A DNA stretch of 64,000 nucleotides from a virus (Duplodnaviria; Caudoviricetes): positions 1-64,000 of IMG/VR virus record IMGVR_UViG_3300032335_000777, one strand, 5' to 3'. The position numbers and the translations under genes are program-made. The notes beneath the pieces were generated by a model. It was not told the origin of the DNA, did no database searches, and saw only the letters and a list, made by a program, of their open reading frames with translations. Positions 9,003 through 16,976 of the stretch are shown here, one piece after another (the first letter of the stretch is position 1; each line of letters opens with the position of its first letter).

Positions 9003-9874
9003 AGTGGGAATTTAATGGAATCTATCAAAACATTATAATTATTTGTTCCTTTTAAAGAAGTTCTTTTGACATTGAATAAAATAATTCTACCACCTGTAGG
9101 TTTTGGAGGAGCACCACGTTCAATGTGCCATCCATGTGATCCATCACCGTATTCTTCTTTGTATGTTCCAACAATGCAATGGTGAATTTCTTTCTGCTCT
9201 AGCTCATATTCACGCTTTCCACGATTGAATTTAAGAACATCTCTAACATCATTTCTACACCAGTTCTCGTGTATGTGACCAAGAACAAATATATCCATGT
9301 TCTCATACATTTCAAGGGCTCTGGTTAGGTTAATAGCACCTTTCGTTACGATACCTCCTCCACCAGAACCGTGAAAATACTTAAGATGTTTTACTAGTGA
9401 TACAGTGCTTGAATTTATTTTTATAGAAACCCATCCACCATATCCACCCACTTGAACATTTGTTTTGTTCTTGTAGTTGAGAAGGTCTACAAATCTTTGT
9501 AGAACATCTGTCTCCTGGTATTTGATAATGCTAGTCTCATGGTTACCATAAGCAATCACTGTAAAGAGATGTGCGTATGGACTGAACCATTCTACAGCTG
9601 TCTCAATAACAGAGTCTAGATACTTAGCGTTGTTGTGCTCTGGTCTAATGTCTGATTTATTAGCTCTGCGATCTCCACGCCCTTGCATGAGGCAAAATAG
9701 GTCTCCGTTGATCAGGATGGGTATTTTATTGCTCTTACAATATTCTAGGTGATCCTTGAGTTTTGCTCTATCACATTTAGGATTGTCCCAATGCAAATCT
9801 GATATGATCGCAAGCTTATAGTCCTTTAGCTCTAAAGAATGTACATTCTTCAGTATTCTCTCTATTTTAAACAT
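8999..9874 (-). CDS. Calcineurin-like metallophosphoesterase
   Basis: SDLH, NGD, GNHE, FHG, GHIH motifs. Confidence 0.85.
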   Translation of the reverse strand: MFKIERILKNVHSLELKDYKLAIISDLHWDNPKCDRAKLKDHLEYCKSNKIPILINGDLFCLMQGRGDRRANKSDIRPEHNNAKYLDSVIETAVEWFSPYAHLFTVIAYGNHETSIIKYQETDVLQRFVDLLNYKNKTNVQVGGYGGWVSIKINSSTVSLVKHLKYFHGSGGGGIVTKGAINLTRALEMYENMDIFVLGHIHENWCRNDVRDVLKFNRGKREYELEQKEIHHCIVGTYKEEYGDGSHGWHIERGAPPKPTGGRIILFNVKRTSLKGTNNYNVLIDSIKFPL

Positions 9875-10012
9875 TGTGCGGGGCTTTAGTTGATTTATTC
9901 ACTGACCACGTAAAAAGTTTTGGTCTCTTGGAATTAGTTGATTTTAAAAAGTTGAAGTTATAACGTACATGCTTAGAGCACATAACTAAAAAAGTGATAT
10001 ATAATATGATGG

Positions 10013-10285
10013 CTAGCAGTTCCACTTTCTTAGTGCTAAGGCTTTTCTTGTGGGTTTACCATTGGGCTTTGTCATAGGGCCCTTTACACCAGACATCCTA
10101 GCACAGAAAGACTTGCGTCTTTTTGCAGGTTTGCTATCTGGGTCAAGTTTAGATGGCTTAGTTGTTACAGCCATCTTTAATTTGCTTCCAGGATTCTCTC
10201 TTCTATAAGATGCTACACCTTTACGATTGAGACCACCCTTAGGATCTTTACCTTCTTTTCTTGTCCAAGCTGCTGTCTTTGCCAT
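10013..10285 (-). CDS. DUF6321-like small basic phage protein
   Basis: GGLNRKG..SY...NPGS.LK, RRKSFCARM, LRKWNC. Confidence 0.7.
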   Translation of the reverse strand: MAKTAAWTRKEGKDPKGGLNRKGVASYRRENPGSKLKMAVTTKPSKLDPDSKPAKRRKSFCARMSGVKGPMTKPNGKPTRKALALRKWNC

Positions 10286-10609
10286 TTCCTTTTCCTTTGT
10301 ATTTATAATCAGGATTATCTTTGTGCCATTTCTTTGTAGAGGCTACACCTTGCTTAACTGTTTTGGCTCTTCCTATCTTAGTGAGATTGATAGTATCCCA
10401 TTTACCCTTGTCTTTGGTAGGATGGTTTACAATTATGTCTCCTTTGGTAGCTTTACTACTGTTTTTGGAAGCTTTGTAAACTACATGCTTTTCTCCACCA
10501 GCTTCCACCTTCACCTTTCCACCATTCTTTAGTGTAGAGCCCTTAAATGGTCCTTTCTTTTAATGAGAGGACCATTTGGTACAGGTGTAGCTTTGATGTT
10601 GTCAGGCAT
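10248..10609 (-). CDS. Small basic protein, apparently split by a 1-nt frameshift near 10555-10562
   Basis: ATG at 10609 overlaps upstream TAA; 26-aa ORF, with the -1 frame continuing KGPFKGSTLKNGGKVKVEAGG into the 10248-10514 ORF. Confidence 0.55.
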
Positions 10610-11109
10610 TATTTCTTATTCATTTTCTTTAGTGTCTGAGCAAGACGAGCTCTTTGACCAAGTTTCCCAGGTTTCTTTGCAGCAGCTGCAAGTTTACCAG
10701 CAGGAATTGGTTCACCCTTCTTAGCACCAAGTTGTGCACGTAGAGCTCCTGGCTTTTTGATAGCCTTCTGAATCCACTTACCACCTTTAGCTTTTTCTAC
10801 TTCACCACCCTTTTTCATCATCTTGGTAGCACCAAGTTCTTTATCTGGAGCAAGGCTCACTTTAGTTTTTGCGTTAACAGGAGGCAAGTTTCTTTCTTGC
10901 ACTTTAGTGTAAGCACCATCAGGATCAACAGGTCCTACACGTCTTGGTTGAGTTTTAACAACTCCACCAGCTTGCATCATGTCAACAGATCCACCATACT
11001 TCTGGTAGCCCATTTTGTTTCTAACTGGTGTAGGTAGTTTTGCTAGTCCAGGATTCTTAGACTTATCAACTGGCTTCAAAGAACCACCCATCTTCATTTT
11101 CTTTTTCAT
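10609..11109 (-). CDS. Basic protein with repeated xxxGG motifs
   Basis: MKMGG, QKYGG, MQAGG, MKKGG, AKGG; C-terminal KWIQKAIKKPGAL...RARLAQTL. Confidence 0.75.
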   Translation of the reverse strand: MKKKMKMGGSLKPVDKSKNPGLAKLPTPVRNKMGYQKYGGSVDMMQAGGVVKTQPRRVGPVDPDGAYTKVQERNLPPVNAKTKVSLAPDKELGATKMMKKGGEVEKAKGGKWIQKAIKKPGALRAQLGAKKGEPIPAGKLAAAAKKPGKLGQRARLAQTLKKMNKK

Positions 11110-11264
11110 TTCTTTTTAGATTTAGATTGTGCCTTAATCTTTTTCTCTTGCTTGAGCATAGCAGCAGTGGGTTTTTTCCCACTGCCTTTGTTTGCTCTAA
11201 TATTATCCCACAAACCTCTTTGTGAAACTGAGCCATCAGCTCTTTTAATCATTTCCTTCTTCAT
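11106..11264 (-). CDS. Small basic protein (52 aa, not in ORF track)
   Basis: MKKEMIKRADGSVSQRGLWDNIRANKGSGKKPT...; ATGA overlap with downstream gene. Confidence 0.7.
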   Translation of the reverse strand: MKKEMIKRADGSVSQRGLWDNIRANKGSGKKPTAAMLKQEKKIKAQSKSKKK

Positions 11265-11496
11265 CGTTGTTAATGGTTAATTGTGTAGGGGCAGGTTTGA
11301 TTTTGCCTGCTTCAACATTCTTAGCCATAATGCTGTCAAGAGCTGTATTAGCCTTGTCAGCAAGGATGATTGCTGGAGCTTCTGGAAGGTTTAGAATGCT
11401 TCTTACAGCATTAACCACCATTGCAAATTCCTGACCATTTAGTTCAATTTTCTCATCTGGAGACCAGACGTACTTCTGTGTTGGATCGTAAGACAT
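11245..11496 (-). CDS. Hypothetical protein
   Basis: ORF, start taken at MSYDP. Confidence 0.65.
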   Translation of the reverse strand: MSYDPTQKYVWSPDEKIELNGQEFAMVVNAVRSILNLPEAPAIILADKANTALDSIMAKNVEAGKIKPAPTQLTINNDEEGND

Positions 11497-11509
11497 AATT
11501 ATTATTGGT

Positions 11510-11791
11510 TTATAAAATGATTTCAAATGATATTGTGCCCGTTGTCTTAATACTTTTTGACAAGTTTAGTCTGATTCCATATATGTTGTGGAACTTCAAC
11601 ACCTCATCAAGTAGCATCTCTATATACTTAGGATGACTTGGGGCAAGTCTAAATTGATATGAGTTAGAGTTCTTTGTGATTTGCAAAGAAGAAAGCTCAT
11701 CGATTGAGTCAATCATTCCTTCTAACCTTGCAAAGTAGACCATGTCGTTATCCTGCATGATCTCTGGAAAGAACTTCCTTACTATATCCAT
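11510..11791 (-). CDS. Hypothetical protein
   Basis: 93-aa ORF with TAATG coupling. Confidence 0.7.
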   Translation of the reverse strand: MDIVRKFFPEIMQDNDMVYFARLEGMIDSIDELSSLQITKNSNSYQFRLAPSHPKYIEMLLDEVLKFHNIYGIRLNLSKSIKTTGTISFEIIL

Positions 11792-12207
11792 TAAGATAAA
11801 GTTAGTAAATATTTAGTTTTAGCTGCTTCACCAGACAAAGAATCTGCAAGATTTGCAATGTCATGATATGAATTTATTTCAGCATAAGATTTTAATGATG
11901 ATGCAAATGCCATTAATTCTAAAACAACAGCCTCAGCTGATGTAGTTGTGATTGGATCAATCTTCATGGAAGTAGGTCTTCTACCTGTATATCCCATTAG
12001 TTTCTCAATCACACCATCTTTAAAGTCATGAACATAATCATACAATCCACCAAGTGCTTGATGCTCTGCATAACTTGTAGTTTGCCAGTGCAACAAATGT
12101 AGTTGCTCGTGGAAGTATGTTAGCTTAGAGGCAATGGACTCTAGAGACATTGCTCCTTGTCCACTGCCTTTGCTAATCATTTCCTCTGGAAATAAGGATT
12201 TTGCCAT
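11791..12207 (-). CDS. Ferritin/Dps-like protein (DUF5856-like)
   Basis: LHLLHWQT.SYAEH.ALG.LYD......D..IE, ending KYLLTL. Confidence 0.75.
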   Translation of the reverse strand: MAKSLFPEEMISKGSGQGAMSLESIASKLTYFHEQLHLLHWQTTSYAEHQALGGLYDYVHDFKDGVIEKLMGYTGRRPTSMKIDPITTTSAEAVVLELMAFASSLKSYAEINSYHDIANLADSLSGEAAKTKYLLTLS

Positions 12208-12476
12208 TATCCTGGAGAAGTGGTGGTGGTTGTAGTAGTTGCTCTCACCGTTGTAGTGGTAGTTGTTGTGCTACTTGTGCTTGTACTTGTAGTGGTTGTG
12301 CTACTTGTACTTGTAGTGGTGGTAGTTGTAGGCGCACAGCATTCGTATGCTGGAACCTCTTTCCAATTACCAACTTTAGGCTTCTGTCTTCTTAGGATCA
12401 AGCTACCTGCTACTACACGTCCGCTACCATCGTAACGCACGTACGCTTTCAAATCTTTTCTGTTGTAAGCTCCCAT
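12207..12476 (-). CDS. Small protein with C-terminal poly-Thr/Ser tail
   Basis: AYVRYDGSGRVVAGS domain followed by ~38 aa of Thr/Ser. Confidence 0.75.
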   Translation of the reverse strand: MGAYNRKDLKAYVRYDGSGRVVAGSLILRRQKPKVGNWKEVPAYECCAPTTTTTTSTSSTTTTSTSTSSTTTTTTTVRATTTTTTTSPG

Positions 12477-12489
12477 AATTGTTTTACGG

Positions 12490-13506
12490 TTAATAGGTTA
12501 GGTTATATTTATTTTTTAGTTCTTTAATTTTGTTTGCATAGAACCATGTGCAATATTTTTGTGATGTTTCATCATTAAGAATTGCATCTAGATGTGGATC
12601 TTGTGTAGGATCTCCACCATTGTGATATTTTCCTTTGTAGAAGCAATGGTATGTTCCATTGTGTGGAGATACAATTCCTGCATTGTGAAACAGCGTATTT
12701 TCTTCTAATCTTTCAATTGGATCAGTTGCCCAAGAGAAATTCATTTCTTTAATCACTTTTGTTTCTTGTCCTCTGAACCAGAGATTCCAAAGCACACCCC
12801 ACATATCTGCACACCAGCTTTGATATCCTGCATTCTCACTTTCGAAGAACTCTTTGTTTATCTTCTGTAGATAAACTCTGATCATCATGCAGTCATTCAT
12901 CACCTTGTTCCAGAATGTAGCATCAACATCTTTAAGGAAGTATTGTGCTCCTCCTGAGTGTTCATTGTTGTCAATAGCTATTTGCTTATCAACACCAACT
13001 AAACTTATCACTTCTCCAAGAATATCTCTGGTCTTGTATTCTTCCAACTTATTTGGGAGAACGTCTTTCTCTTTACTCTCAAAATATCTAGCATTGATGT
13101 AGCTGTTTGTATCTGACAAATAACAAACATCATCCTGTGTGTAATCATCTACATTGAAATCTTTTGTGAATAGCACATCAGAATCGCAATAGAAGATTGC
13201 TTTGTTACTAAGATCTGGATTTTCCTTGAAATGTTTCCACAGTGTCCAAGGTCTGAGAATTGGAATGTATATAGGTAAATATTTATCTAAATCACCCTCG
13301 TCTTGGTAGAAATGAAACTCTGCTTCTGGATACAAATTGATAACTTGTTCCCATTTTGTGTTCTTCGCTCTTCCTGTTGGAATGTAAAGAAGAACAATTG
13401 CTTTATCAGAGTGTCCTATTTCTTTAAGACTTTCCAACCATAGATGCACTTGCCATGTAAAATAAATATCATCTGGCTGAACGCAAATAAATCTAAGATC
13501 CTTCAT
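12490..13506 (-). CDS. GT-A glycosyltransferase, resembling peptidyl-Ser/Hyp O-glycosyltransferases
   Basis: YFTWQ, LRP, YCDSD (DxD), GGAQY, WCADMW, FHNAG. Confidence 0.6.
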   Translation of the reverse strand: MKDLRFICVQPDDIYFTWQVHLWLESLKEIGHSDKAIVLLYIPTGRAKNTKWEQVINLYPEAEFHFYQDEGDLDKYLPIYIPILRPWTLWKHFKENPDLSNKAIFYCDSDVLFTKDFNVDDYTQDDVCYLSDTNSYINARYFESKEKDVLPNKLEEYKTRDILGEVISLVGVDKQIAIDNNEHSGGAQYFLKDVDATFWNKVMNDCMMIRVYLQKINKEFFESENAGYQSWCADMWGVLWNLWFRGQETKVIKEMNFSWATDPIERLEENTLFHNAGIVSPHNGTYHCFYKGKYHNGGDPTQDPHLDAILNDETSQKYCTWFYANKIKELKNKYNLTY

Positions 13507-13530
13507 ATGTAGTTGTTATTGGTTTCTCTT

Positions 13531-13695
13531 TTATACAGTGGTTGTTGTTGTCGTAGTTGGAGAGGCAGTTGTGGTGGTAGTAGTGGTGGTTATATTTTTA
13601 CCCATTATACGTGTTAAATATTCAAGCTGCTTCGAGATTTGCCAAAGCAAGTTTGATTTTACACTCCAACCTATCTGTCTTGATGATATAGCCAT
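13531..13695 (-). CDS. 54-aa protein with poly-Thr tail (not in ORF track)
   Basis: MAISSRQIGWSVKSNLLWQISKQLEYLT...TTTTTTTTASPTTTTTTTV; N-terminus paralogous to 13711-14283. Confidence 0.8.
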   Translation of the reverse strand: MAISSRQIGWSVKSNLLWQISKQLEYLTRIMGKNITTTTTTTTASPTTTTTTTV

Positions 13696-13710
13696 TTTAT
13701 TATAATTTAT

Positions 13711-14283
13711 TTATCCAACGTTAAATATGGAAAAGTTAACAGATGGTGATGCAGGTCTAGTTGGACTAGTTCCAGCAGCAGTTGGTAAAAGTTTCATACC
13801 AGTAGCCTGTGACCACCAATAAAACTTAATGTATTGTCCAGCATTTATTTCTATTGTATCTGTTACAGTAGCTAATGTTTGGTCATTCTGCCCACCTGTT
13901 GTAGTAAATGTGTATGCAGAATTAGGAACAATTACGTCATCTATAGTAAACCAGACAGTTACATTATAATTTGATGCTCCTCCTGTAAATGCAAGTTGAA
14001 GCTGTAAGATTAAGAAATAAACATCAGAGTTAGTAATATTTATTCTATTATCAGGACCTAATGTAAACCCATTAGTTCTTTGAGTGCTATCAAATCTAAC
14101 TTGATTTGCTACGGTTGCTCCACCATTAGTTTGTTGAGTGGTGTCAAAGAAAGTAGCAGAATAAAGATTTCTAGGTGCTGGTATAGCACTTGTTACACTG
14201 GTAAGTTGCTCTAATTGTTTAGATACCTCCCAAAGTAAATTTTCTTCTGTACCCCAACCTATTTGTCTATTTGGAATTCCCAT
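13711..14283 (-). CDS. Probable virion decoration protein, C1q/BclA-CTD-like beta domain
   Basis: RQIGW...NLLW..SKQLE anchor followed by beta-strand-rich jelly-roll-like region. Confidence 0.55.
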   Translation of the reverse strand: MGIPNRQIGWGTEENLLWEVSKQLEQLTSVTSAIPAPRNLYSATFFDTTQQTNGGATVANQVRFDSTQRTNGFTLGPDNRINITNSDVYFLILQLQLAFTGGASNYNVTVWFTIDDVIVPNSAYTFTTTGGQNDQTLATVTDTIEINAGQYIKFYWWSQATGMKLLPTAAGTSPTRPASPSVNFSIFNVG

Positions 14284-14318
14284 GAGTTTTTAATTTAATT
14301 GTTAAAGATAATTCAAAA

Positions 14319-14447
14319 TTATCTTCCTTGTCCCCTGTACTTACTAACCTTTTTACCCTTTGGTGTGTTCATGTTTCTAGCCTTTCCCACTCTCCTTTTT
14401 CCAAAAGAAATCTTTCTTGATTCAGCTGCAACCTTTGCCTTAGCCAT
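14319..14447 (-). CDS. 42-aa basic peptide ending YRGQGR (not in ORF track)
   Basis: MAKAKVAAESRKISFGKRR...KYRGQGR; common small phage peptide type. Confidence 0.7.
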   Translation of the reverse strand: MAKAKVAAESRKISFGKRRVGKARNMNTPKGKKVSKYRGQGR

Positions 14448-14491
14448 AACTTATTCATTTTCAATAGTGTGAATTTATAAATAATTATTTA

Positions 14492-14743
14492 TTATTCATC
14501 AACACTATTATTTTTTGTTTTATTAATCCATTTATCTACAGAAGCTATGCCAAATGATCCTAGCACAATCACCATGAATCCATCAAATATGAATTCATGT
14601 ATAGGCATTTCTTTTCCTAATACACCTGTTACAACATCTGTAATTAGTGTAGCGATCATCATTATGAAAGCAATGAACCCCACTAAGGACTTTTCATTGA
14701 TGCTATTCTGATCGTTGAATAAATCTTTGATGAACTGTTTCAT
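14492..14743 (-). CDS. Putative holin (2 TM)
   Basis: Two hydrophobic helices, ATGA overlap with endolysin. Confidence 0.6.
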   Translation of the reverse strand: MKQFIKDLFNDQNSINEKSLVGFIAFIMMIATLITDVVTGVLGKEMPIHEFIFDGFMVIVLGSFGIASVDKWINKTKNNSVDE

Positions 14744-15333
14744 ACTAGTAGGCTATGATATTGTTTGAAATGTTTTAATCTATCTGCTAAACCAATTGTA
14801 CCACCATTCACACACTTAGTTACAGCTGTAACTGTAGCGTCAGTAGCATCTACACATTTGCCTAGGCAGTTTTTGTGGAAGAACCAAGCTGCTGATAGAA
14901 GTGGATACTTAGTAGCCACAAGATCTGGGTTAGCTATAATGTCATCTTCAACTACAGCATCAAATAATTTGTAGTTGCTCTTACCTGTCAATTGGATGTA
15001 ACCTCTTCCACGAAATCTAAAGCCTTCACCAGAAGCCTCATCACCATTACCCATTCTACTTCCGTAAACTAGGTTAGCAATTTTCTCTGGTTTTCTTTCA
15101 TATTCCTTAGCCTTAGCTTCTGTAGGAAAGTATTTTTTGAAAATTGTCAATAGACCTTTAGCTCCATAGTTCAAGTTCTCAGTGACAGCTTTAAAGTTTG
15201 CAGACTCATGTCCCACTTGGGCCAAGAAATGAGCAAGCTTAACAGGCGTGTCAATTCCAAATTTAGAGATGGTGTCAGGCAGCTGTGCTATTACAGCATC
15301 AGGAACATGCCCTTTTAGTTTTTCAATATTCAT
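14740..15333 (-). CDS. Endolysin, glycoside hydrolase family 19
   Basis: AHFLAQVGHES, ENLNY, FRGRGYIQLTG, SAAWFF, VNGG..GL.DR; start taken at MNIEKL. Confidence 0.92.
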   Translation of the reverse strand: MNIEKLKGHVPDAVIAQLPDTISKFGIDTPVKLAHFLAQVGHESANFKAVTENLNYGAKGLLTIFKKYFPTEAKAKEYERKPEKIANLVYGSRMGNGDEASGEGFRFRGRGYIQLTGKSNYKLFDAVVEDDIIANPDLVATKYPLLSAAWFFHKNCLGKCVDATDATVTAVTKCVNGGTIGLADRLKHFKQYHSLLV

Positions 15334-15343
15334 TGTTTTAATT

Positions 15344-16459
15344 TTAAGCTTTGTCTTTTTTATCGTCTGATGTTGCATACTTAATACCCATAATGGTACC
15401 AACTATAGAGAAGGCATTAGTTAACAACACTGAAAACATGTTACTCCATGTTGAGCCAATAATTTGCGTGTCCTTGTTTGAGAGAATAGCAAATGAGTAC
15501 ATTATAGTCGTGATAAATCCAACACTCATGATAACGAACAATGCAGATTTAACAATCGTTTTAATCAACTCATTCTGGCTTTTTTTGATAGTTGCATCTA
15601 AATCATTCAAAGCTGCATCTTTCTCCATCTCTATTGCCACCCTAAGTTTGTTTGAGTTATCTAACTCTGCTTGCAAGCTTTTAGATAGTTCTCCAATTTT
15701 GTTTTTACTATCTACAGTGTCAGTAATGTCATTAGCAATTTTCATCACCTTTTTACAAGTTCCATCATTGCTCAGTATGGGATTGTAAGTTGCCTTCAAA
15801 TAAATAGGAGTGCCATCTACCTTCCTTCTTTCATACTCTCCTTCAAAATACTTGCCACTACTTAATTTTTTCCAAAACTCCTTGTATTCTTCTGATTTCA
15901 AATACTCGTGACTAACAAAAATGCTGTGGTGCTTGCCAATAATTTTACTCTCATCTTTTTCATCAAAGCCCATTGCCTTTAGAAATATTGAGTTTGCACC
16001 TAGTATATATCCATCGCAATCAAAATAAATAATGGCATTACTTTTACTGACTGCGTTAATCTCATTCTTTGCTATTACAGTTGCACTTACATCACTAGCA
16101 ATCTTCATTATCTTAGTCACCTCACCATCCTCATTCATTATTGGGTTGTAGGTAGCCTGTAAGTAGATTATGCTTTCGTCTGCTTTGATTCTTTCAAATT
16201 CTCCTTCGAAAAACTTTCCTGCTCTTAATTTTTTCCAAAACTCTTTATACTCATCTGAACTTGCGTACTCAGGAGAAACAAAAATACTATGATGTTGACC
16301 AATGATTTTTTCATGATCATCTTCTTTGTAGCCCATTGCTTTCAAGAAGATATTATTCACTCCAAGAATTAAACCATTTAGATCGAAGTAAATAATCGCA
16401 TTGCTACGATTAATCGCTTCCATTCTACTTACTAGCTCTTCTTTGGATAGATTTTTCAT
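15344..16459 (-). CDS. Tandem PAS-domain protein with coiled coil and two C-terminal TM helices
   Basis: Two ~120-aa PAS/PAC repeats (AIIYFD.G.I..N..FL..MG...IIG.HHSIFV...FW..L..G..F.GE..R.....YL.ATYNPI) of the MCP/BdlA type; no signalling output domain. Confidence 0.85.
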   Translation of the reverse strand: MKNLSKEELVSRMEAINRSNAIIYFDLNGLILGVNNIFLKAMGYKEDDHEKIIGQHHSIFVSPEYASSDEYKEFWKKLRAGKFFEGEFERIKADESIIYLQATYNPIMNEDGEVTKIMKIASDVSATVIAKNEINAVSKSNAIIYFDCDGYILGANSIFLKAMGFDEKDESKIIGKHHSIFVSHEYLKSEEYKEFWKKLSSGKYFEGEYERRKVDGTPIYLKATYNPILSNDGTCKKVMKIANDITDTVDSKNKIGELSKSLQAELDNSNKLRVAIEMEKDAALNDLDATIKKSQNELIKTIVKSALFVIMSVGFITTIMYSFAILSNKDTQIIGSTWSNMFSVLLTNAFSIVGTIMGIKYATSDDKKDKA

Positions 16460-16469
16460 TACTTACTTA

Positions 16470-16790
16470 CTAATTGACATTAGACAATAAGCCAGATACA
16501 TATTGCAGCACTGCTGCTATAGCTACCACTATTCCAATTGTCCAAGTGATTCTTCTTCTAAATTCTTCTTGCTTCTCTATTTTTTTCTCCATCAAAGTGA
16601 TCTTCTCTTCTAGCACTTCAATCTTATCCACAAATCCACCAGACTTTGTTAGGGGATTGCCTAGAATTGCATCCACAACTTGCGTAAGTTTCCCATCAAT
16701 AGAAGACATTTTTTCTTCTAAATCATATAGACGCTGATCCATACTTTTTAATTCGTTGTTAATTTGCTGTTGATACGACTCAGTTGCCAT
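16470..16790 (-). CDS. Coiled-coil protein with C-terminal TM helix (lysis-cassette accessory)
   Basis: Heptad-rich N-terminus, single TM helix; start taken at MATESY. Confidence 0.6.
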   Translation of the reverse strand: MATESYQQQINNELKSMDQRLYDLEEKMSSIDGKLTQVVDAILGNPLTKSGGFVDKIEVLEEKITLMEKKIEKQEEFRRRITWTIGIVVAIAAVLQYVSGLLSNVN

Positions 16791-16823
16791 ATTAGATTCA
16801 TTTAAAATGGTTTGAAACAACAA

Positions 16824-16847
16824 AGCACACCCCTTGAGAGGTGTGCT
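16824..16847 (-). terminator. Terminator-like hairpin in leader of lysis cassette
   Basis: AGCACACC-N8-GGTGTGCT followed on minus strand by TTGTTGTTT. Confidence 0.5.
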
Positions 16848-16976
16848 GTGGAGCTTTTAGTTGGATGGGTTATTCAATTCTGGCGAATGCTAGTAAATTT
16901 AGCAAGTGATTGTATAACTACCAAAAATTCATACATTTAATTCGTAAATCCGTCAACTACGTAATAAAATTCAAAA

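Noticed and set aside
11164-11185. Hairpin GCAGTGGG-T6-CCCACTGC
   Set aside because: Lies inside a coding sequence (GSGKKPTA); no independent support for function
12201-12435. Plus-strand poly-Val and Cys-rich ORFs
   Set aside because: Antisense of the poly-Thr tail of 12207-12476
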